Shown: positions 1 to 5,037 of the stretch, in pieces
How positions within the stretch are numbered: the stretch's first letter is position 1
Layout: each line of letters starts with the position of its first letter
Assembly: GCA_013166835.1 (NCBI GenBank)
Contig: JABLTI010000071.1
Location: 1-16,120, forward strand
Source of the DNA: Promethearchaeati archaeon
Lineage (GTDB): Archaea; Asgardarchaeota; Heimdallarchaeia; JABLTI01
Direction: 5' to 3'
Length of the DNA: 16,120 bases
Made by a program: the position numbers and the translations under genes
The notes under the pieces: generated by a model
What the model was told of the DNA's origin: nothing
Seen by the model: only the letters and a program-made list of their open reading frames with translations
Databases searched by the model: none

Positions 1-749
1 TTAAACTCTTCTATCCCTTTCTTTATTCTTTGAATACTACTAACAAAGTAATTTGGAAGTTTATTCGTTTCTAACATCGTATCAAGAATTAAGAGATATT
101 TTAGCAAGTAACCAGAAATATAGGATAGATAGTGTGAAGCGTTTTCATCTGTTTCAATTAATTTCTTTATTTGTGGCTTTCTCTTGGAAGAAATTAGTAC
201 TAAATATCTAAATAAGATCTCAGGTTGAAGAACAATCGGTAGTAATGTTTCCATTCTTAGAGCATATTTCAAAATGAAACCTGAGAGCAAATATTTTGTT
301 TCTATGGTCTTCACAGATTCAAAAGATTCTTTTACCAAATTATACGTTGGTGTATCCAATTTCTGCATATGTTTTTTTGTTTCTCGCCATTCACTTTTTT
401 TGATTTTTATTTGCAAATTCTCGGTCCCTTTCTTCTTAACTATGAAATATTCTGTTGCAAAAAAAGCACCAATGATAAGCAGTAATCCTAATAATATTAA
501 AGGCATAGCAACTGATTCCTCGGGAAAAATTTGGAATCTTTCAGCAATACCCAAGAAAATACTCATGAGGACAACTAGTGAACTAATAACAGATAGAGAG
601 ATAATATCATACTTTCTCTTTGTAGTATAAGCTTCAAATCTTATTATACGATCTTTGATTCTTCTTGTGAATTGTTCTTCGTCTACAGCCTGATTAATTA
701 ATGCGACAGCAATTGCTGCACTTCTCTTCAATTGTTCCTCAGTTGACAT
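1..749 (-). CDS. Hypothetical membrane protein, 3'-truncated by the window edge (at least 249 aa; two TM helices near the N-terminus, then a soluble region)
   Basis: Not in the ORF track. Manual translation from ATG at 749 is open to position 1: MSTEEQLKRSAAIAVALINQAVDEEQFTRRIKDRIIRFEAYTTKRKYDIISLSVISSLVVLMSIFLGIAERFQIFPEESVAMPLILLGLLLIIGAFFATEYFIVKKK...IQRIKKGIEEF. Two hydrophobic spans are flanked by basic residues. Confidence 0.85.
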   Translation of the reverse strand, partial: MSTEEQLKRSAAIAVALINQAVDEEQFTRRIKDRIIRFEAYTTKRKYDIISLSVISSLVVLMSIFLGIAERFQIFPEESVAMPLILLGLLLIIGAFFATEYFIVKKKGTENLQIKIKKSEWRETKKHMQKLDTPTYNLVKESFESVKTIETKYLLSGFILKYALRMETLLPIVLQPEILFRYLVLISSKRKPQIKKLIETDENASHYLSYISGYLLKYLLILDTMLETNKLPNYFVSSIQRIKKGIEEF

Positions 750-908
750 TTCAAAAATCTCGCTATCTGTTACTTAATTTAATAATCAATAACTACAAAC
801 AAGCTAATCTTAGCTATTTATGTCTTTTTTCTGAAGAATTGTAAAGATTCATAAAAGTAATTGTAAGATTTATTATAATTAGAGATGATATCTTTGTAGT
901 GATGAAAA

Positions 909-1205
909 TTGTCCAATAAGAAAACCTCTCAAGAAGCAGTACCAGAAAGCCCGCATAAAAGTAAAGCACTACTTTATCTTGCTTTTAGCCTTTCAGCAAT
1001 CGGTGCAGCATTAATGGTTATACCAACTATTCTCATTTTCATGCCTTGGATAGAATTAAAATGGGAAAATCTTTTCCAATACCCCCACACATATTTCGTA
1101 ATTGCTGGATTTGTTGTACTCACTATTGGTTTAATTCTACATAGAAAAATAACAACTCCTATGGATATGAAAAAAACCGAGGAACTTAGAAGCAGATTAG
1201 AATAA
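909..1205 (+). CDS. Small hypothetical membrane protein (98 aa, 2 TM)
   Basis: TTG start preceded by GTGATG (SD-like) and a TTTATTATAA TATA-like box at 869-878. Two hydrophobic helices (ALLYLAF...LIFMPW; YFVIAGFVVLTIGLIL) and charged termini. A pyrimidine tract follows the stop. Confidence 0.75.
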   Translation: MSNKKTSQEAVPESPHKSKALLYLAFSLSAIGAALMVIPTILIFMPWIELKWENLFQYPHTYFVIAGFVVLTIGLILHRKITTPMDMKKTEELRSRLE

Positions 1206-1217
1206 TTTCTATTCTTT

Positions 1218-1928
1218 TTATTTTACTAGTTGGACAGCATATTTGTCCAGAATTTTCTTGAATTTCACATAGTCTCTATATTTAACTAATTCAAGTCTAG
1301 AACCATATTCTCGTAAATTTACTTCTTCCATTTTTTCCACTGCTTTGATTCTCTGTTTTGAATCAAATTTTTCTTGTGGTAGATGCATGTAGATTTTTTC
1401 TTTCTTCATATCGATTATTGAAAGTATTCCTTCATCAAGAATCAGCTGAGGATCTTCATATTCAATTAAACCGGCATCTCCATAACTAAAAGCCCGAATA
1501 ATCTTTATTTTTACGATTTCATTTATTTTATCAAGAATTTCCAACATAGAGTCTTTTGTAATATCTAGCTCTTTTTTCCATTTCTTCACTTGCATATCTT
1601 TCAAGATTTTCTCTATGGTTAAATGATTATTCAAAACATACCGTTCTTGCTTCTCTTTTAAAATCAAGAAAACTGAACAGACTCGTCCGTGTTCTGCAAT
1701 ACGTGAATCCTTGGTATTAGAAGCTTTCACGTTAAAGGAGTAAATCAAATATCTAAGATTTGCGTTCTCAAAAATTGGCAAGGGTCCAACTAAAGGTAAA
1801 CGTGTTTTTCTGTATCGTGCAATAGGACCTATATCCTCAAAGACTCCAATAACTATTCCATGAAATGCACTTGCTGGTTTTGCCTTTTTTTTCTTTGATT
1901 TCGGTTTTGCTTTAGTTGTAGTTGACAT
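1218..1928 (-). CDS. Hypothetical protein (236 aa): Lys-rich N-tail, putative longin/uDENN-like domain and putative C-terminal gelsolin-like domain
   Basis: The ORF itself is solid. GIVIGVFEDIGP resembles the hydrophobic-strand + FD/ExxGP start of longin/uDENN folds, followed by strands GPLPI, YLIYSF and CSVFLIL. The C-terminal LSIIDMKKEKIYMHL...DSKQRIKAVEKMEEVN resembles the gelsolin repeat core. Domain calls are by eye only. Confidence 0.6.
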   Translation of the reverse strand: MSTTTKAKPKSKKKKAKPASAFHGIVIGVFEDIGPIARYRKTRLPLVGPLPIFENANLRYLIYSFNVKASNTKDSRIAEHGRVCSVFLILKEKQERYVLNNHLTIEKILKDMQVKKWKKELDITKDSMLEILDKINEIVKIKIIRAFSYGDAGLIEYEDPQLILDEGILSIIDMKKEKIYMHLPQEKFDSKQRIKAVEKMEEVNLREYGSRLELVKYRDYVKFKKILDKYAVQLVK

Positions 1929-2038
1929 TTACTTTACCTTTTCATTATAAATTATTAATAGCTAAATCTTTTGAGAATTGAATACTATTAAACAATATTT
2001 CGGAATACACGTAAAAAAAGAACTAGTAATTAAAGTAA

Positions 2039-2051
2039 TTTTCGACGAAAA
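2039..2051. promoter_or_regulatory. Perfect palindrome TTTTCG-A-CGAAAA in a divergent intergenic region; candidate transcription-factor site
   Basis: Seen directly. Partial copies at 2197-2209 (ACATCG-T-CGAAAA) and 14393-14405 (CTCGCG-A-CGAAAA). Confidence 0.4.
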
Positions 2052-2160
2052 GAATTTTCTCGTTTCAAAAAAGTTAAATCTGAAAAGGAACTTTTGGATT
2101 ATATATCCGAATTGATTGTCCAATTTTGATTAATCAAGGAAAGGACAACAACTAAGGTAT

Positions 2161-2191
2161 TAAATAACTAAAGAACAAAATTAGTTATTTA
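2161..2191. promoter_or_regulatory. 11-bp perfect inverted repeat TAAATAACTAA-N9-TTAGTTATTTA overlapping a TATA-like box upstream of the 429-aa gene
   Basis: Arms at 2161-2171 and 2181-2191. TATTAAATA lies at 2158-2166, SD-like GAGGAG at 2213-2218 and the TTG start at 2228. Confidence 0.45.
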
Positions 2192-2227
2192 GATATACAT
2201 CGTCGAAAATAAGAGGAGAAATGATAT

Positions 2228-3517
2228 TTGTCTTCTGAGAACGAATACAAGAAATTACTTGTGATTGGAACATTAATTGGTTTACTAGGTTCATTAGCAA
2301 TCATTGTTGGTATGATTCTAGATATTGTTGAAGGTACTATTGCGGTTCATGGATTGGCAATTCTTACTTTAGTTTTTGGTATTTTTATATCTTGTTTGAT
2401 TACTTTTCTAGGAGCCTTGACCCCACATGGTCTTAATATAAATGATGAACGACCAAGTCTTTTTGCACTTTTATTATTTATATTTGCCCCTACAGTGATT
2501 TTTACTTCCTTTAACACTCCATTATATTTCCTATTGGATTATGGGAATGCCGTTTTAGGTTCGGGCTCAATTACAGCTAGCTTTTATATCGTCTTTATTG
2601 GAGTAGCTCTTTTACTTATTGCTTTTCTATTCCTAGCCTGGATCTTTCTATGGAAGAACAGATTGAGTTCAACCGGCGGATTAAATCTTGGAGGAACATC
2701 TGATATAGGATTTGTAAGAGTTTTACGAATAATTACCAGTTTTCTAACTATTCTAGCTGCTACAGGAATTATCCTCGGGATGATTTTACCAGCAACAGGA
2801 ACAGCTCCAGCTGGATTATTAATGTACGAAAATGGTTTACAACTTGATCTAGCAGCGTTAACTTTCATTGTAATACTTGGTGGGATAGTTATTACTGCAA
2901 TTATCATGTTACTTGGTAATTTTGGTATTCAGAAATTCCCAAATAGTGAATTACCTGTATTAGCATTACTATCTTTAGCAATCATTCTACCAGGATACGA
3001 ACCACAAACAGCAACAACTTCGTTTTGGAGTTCACCAGTTCGAGCATTACTATCATATGGAAATAGTATATTTGGAGACCTAGAAATTTGGGGTTGGATA
3101 TTGATCGTTGGGTTATTAGTATTAGTTTTAGCCTTCTTCTTAGGTATTCTATCATTCTTTTTAGGTAAAACAGCAACCTACATAGCACGACCTGCAAGAG
3201 AAGCAAGATCAGGAGGTTCTGGAGGATTAGAAGCTAGAAGAAAGAAAGGGAAATTCCCATCAAGTCCACCCTCTGCACCTGTAAGATCAGTAGAAGGATT
3301 ACCACCAGCACCACTCTCTGGACCATCAACTGGAACACAACCAACCGTTACCTCAGCACCACCATCACCACCAAGCTTTATGCCTACAGCTCCACAAGGA
3401 GCATCAACATCAGCTCCATCCGGAGACTCTCCAACATGTCCATTCTGTGGTAAAGGATTAAGATTTATAGATGAATATTCTCGATGGTATTGCGACACCT
3501 GCTCACAATATGTGTAA
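2228..3517 (+). CDS. Multi-pass membrane protein (about 8 TM as two internal repeats) with Pro/Ser-rich linker and C-terminal zinc ribbon
   Basis: GAGGAG SD 9 nt before TTG. Hydrophobic aa ~7-314, Pro-rich aa 344-402, and C-terminal CPFCGKGLRFIDEYSRWYCDTC (two CxxC pairs). Confidence 0.85.
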   Translation: MSSENEYKKLLVIGTLIGLLGSLAIIVGMILDIVEGTIAVHGLAILTLVFGIFISCLITFLGALTPHGLNINDERPSLFALLLFIFAPTVIFTSFNTPLYFLLDYGNAVLGSGSITASFYIVFIGVALLLIAFLFLAWIFLWKNRLSSTGGLNLGGTSDIGFVRVLRIITSFLTILAATGIILGMILPATGTAPAGLLMYENGLQLDLAALTFIVILGGIVITAIIMLLGNFGIQKFPNSELPVLALLSLAIILPGYEPQTATTSFWSSPVRALLSYGNSIFGDLEIWGWILIVGLLVLVLAFFLGILSFFLGKTATYIARPAREARSGGSGGLEARRKKGKFPSSPPSAPVRSVEGLPPAPLSGPSTGTQPTVTSAPPSPPSFMPTAPQGASTSAPSGDSPTCPFCGKGLRFIDEYSRWYCDTCSQYV

Positions 3518-3556
3518 AAAAAAAGGAAAGGAATAATTCCTTTCTATTTATTTTTT
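3516..3556. terminator. Bidirectional terminator-like hairpin between convergent genes
   Basis: A9 (3516-3524), stem GAAAGGAA (3526-3533), loop TAA, TTCCTTTC (3537-3544), then T-rich TATTTATTTTTT. It fills the 37-bp gap between two convergent stop codons. Confidence 0.65.
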
Positions 3557-4277
3557 AAGCATCTAATTGGTCTTCTTCTGTTAATTTGAGTTCTTTCCCT
3601 ATTTTGTATTCTTTCCCTTGGAACATATCTACTACTGGTTTGATATATTTTGGAATTGTTGCTACCACTATTCCAGTTACAATTAGGCCTAATATTAATC
3701 CATTATTTAGAAAGTGATTTATTGCCCAAGGTGGGAATATTGGAATAAAAAATGCTATAGGTAAGGTTAGCAGAAAACCGAAGAATTGTGATGGTCTCAC
3801 ATATTTTGTTATTACTGTTAGAACCGCATGAAAAGTCATATAAATAAATAGTATAAGTGGGTTTACTAAACATAAAATTCCAGCGGATGTCCCTAATCCC
3901 CTCCCACCTTTAAATTTCAAATAAATACTAAAATTGTGTCCAAGAACAACACAAGTTGCTACTAAAATATAAACTACAGCATCTAAGTCTGGGAAAGTCC
4001 ATGGATCTACTGTTGTTCCAGTAAATGAATCATCAAATTCAATTAACATGACTGTTAAAACACACAAGAAGCCTTTTGCAAAATCCATGAATCCCGCGAG
4101 AAAACCAAAAGCAAAACCAGCAGTTATCATTGTATTCAAACCACCGACATTCTTCGTTCCTACTTCTCTCAAATCTTTTCCTGTTCTCCATTTTGCTACC
4201 AAAAATGAAAATGGAATTGAACCAATTAAATAAGCAATTATTGGACAAATTATTACCCAAATCCAAGACGGAACCAT
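3555..4277 (-). CDS. plsY: Glycerol-3-phosphate acyltransferase PlsY-family membrane protein (divergent)
   Basis: AYLIGSIPFS, DLREVGTKNVGGLN, DFAKG and GHNFSIYLKFKGGRGLGT match PlsY motifs 1 and 2; motif 3 is degenerate. I prefer ATG at 4277 (MVPSW) over the track's TTG at 4301. Confidence 0.85.
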   Translation of the reverse strand: MVPSWIWVIICPIIAYLIGSIPFSFLVAKWRTGKDLREVGTKNVGGLNTMITAGFAFGFLAGFMDFAKGFLCVLTVMLIEFDDSFTGTTVDPWTFPDLDAVVYILVATCVVLGHNFSIYLKFKGGRGLGTSAGILCLVNPLILFIYMTFHAVLTVITKYVRPSQFFGFLLTLPIAFFIPIFPPWAINHFLNNGLILGLIVTGIVVATIPKYIKPVVDMFQGKEYKIGKELKLTEEDQLDA

Positions 4278-4380
4278 ATTTATCACATGCGAATAAAACA
4301 ATCTCTTTTCTTAAAGAAAATGAAGCTTTCTCCTTTTTGTATTTTCTGTACAAAAGATATACTTCCGATTACAGAATTGG

Positions 4381-4974
4381 TTATTCTTTGTAACTATTAT
4401 GATGTACAAATACCTCTAATTCTTTTCTAACGGGTCTGTTTTCTTCTGTTTTAACTTGCTTTTCAGAGAGAAGACTCATATCCTCTCCTTTCTTTCCCAC
4501 AATTATCAGAGTGATCACAGTCATATCTTCAGGTATTCCTAAAACACTCTTTATTTTGCTATGACTATATCCAGCAATGGGATGCATTACTAATCCGAGT
4601 TCTGTTCCCCGTAGAATCATATATGCTGTGGCCATTCCTGTATCAAATAAATAATACTCTCGGCTTTTTCCAATAACACAATCCAGTTCATTCTTGCTAA
4701 AAACAGCAATTATCATAGAAGCTTTTTTTGCCCACTCATTTGATTCTTTCAATACTTCAAAAGCTTCTTTAAGCATCTCTTCTTCATAAACAAAAACAAA
4801 ATTCCATGGTTGGAAGTTAAAGCACGAAGCTGATAGTTGTGCATGACTAGCTAAATCTTGAATTAATTCTTTTGAGATTTCAATTTTTTCAAGAGCTCTG
4901 TAAGCTCGTCTTTTTTCAATAGTATCTTTTACTGAAATGTTTAATCCCTCATATAACTTATAATTTGATTTCAA
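4381..4974 (-). CDS. Nitroreductase-family flavoprotein
   Basis: IEKRRAYR (FMN-binding RRSxR-like), SASCFNFQPWNF, FDTGMATAYMILRGTELGLVMHPIAG, VLGIPED..VITLIIVGK and RPVRKEL motifs. The true start may be downstream, near 4938. Confidence 0.92.
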   Translation of the reverse strand: MKSNYKLYEGLNISVKDTIEKRRAYRALEKIEISKELIQDLASHAQLSASCFNFQPWNFVFVYEEEMLKEAFEVLKESNEWAKKASMIIAVFSKNELDCVIGKSREYYLFDTGMATAYMILRGTELGLVMHPIAGYSHSKIKSVLGIPEDMTVITLIIVGKKGEDMSLLSEKQVKTEENRPVRKELEVFVHHNSYKE

Positions 4975-4987
4975 TATAATTGTTATT

Positions 4988-5028
4988 AAGAAAAAAATAG
5001 AAAAGATATTCTACTGAAAGTAGAACAT
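4988..5028 (-). terminator. Hairpin plus U-rich tract downstream of the ABC permease gene
   Basis: Minus strand reads ATGTTCTACT-TTC-AGTAGAATAT (10-bp stem with one G.U) followed by CTTTTCTATTTTTTTCTT. It starts about 10 nt after the stop at 5038. Confidence 0.55.
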
Positions 5029-5037
5029 TCGTCTAAA

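Noticed and set aside
274-630. 118-aa plus-strand ORF from the track
   Set aside because: It is the antisense shadow of the longer minus-strand CDS (<1-749), which has a coherent TM pattern.
2221-2238. Mini-ORF ATG ATA TTT GTC TTC TGA overlapping the TTG start at 2228
   Set aside because: The ATG is only 2 nt from the GAGGAG SD, while the TTG is at a normal 9-nt spacing. There is no support for a leader peptide.
3257-3433. CCA-rich quasi-repetitive DNA
   Set aside because: Explained by Pro/Ser/Ala codons of the low-complexity linker; no discrete tandem repeat unit.
2584-3498. Minus-strand ORFs 2584-2907, 2982-3206 and the Gly-rich 3178-3498
   Set aside because: Shadows of the 429-aa gene. 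The Gly richness is the reverse complement of Pro codons.
4306-4355. AT-rich inverted repeats TTTTCTT-A-AAGAAAA and TTTTGTA-N7-TACAAAA upstream of the plsY-like gene
   Set aside because: Short and almost entirely A/T, so expected by chance at this composition.
4039-4393. Short overlapping ORFs 4039-4353, 4048-4233 and 4130-4393
   Set aside because: They overlap the motif-supported plsY-like gene and have no recognisable features.
5007-5025. TATTCTACTGAAAGTAGAA resembles the Cas12a repeat stem (TTCTACT...GTAGA)
   Set aside because: Single copy, no spacers and no cas genes. Its position and U-rich tail fit a terminator.
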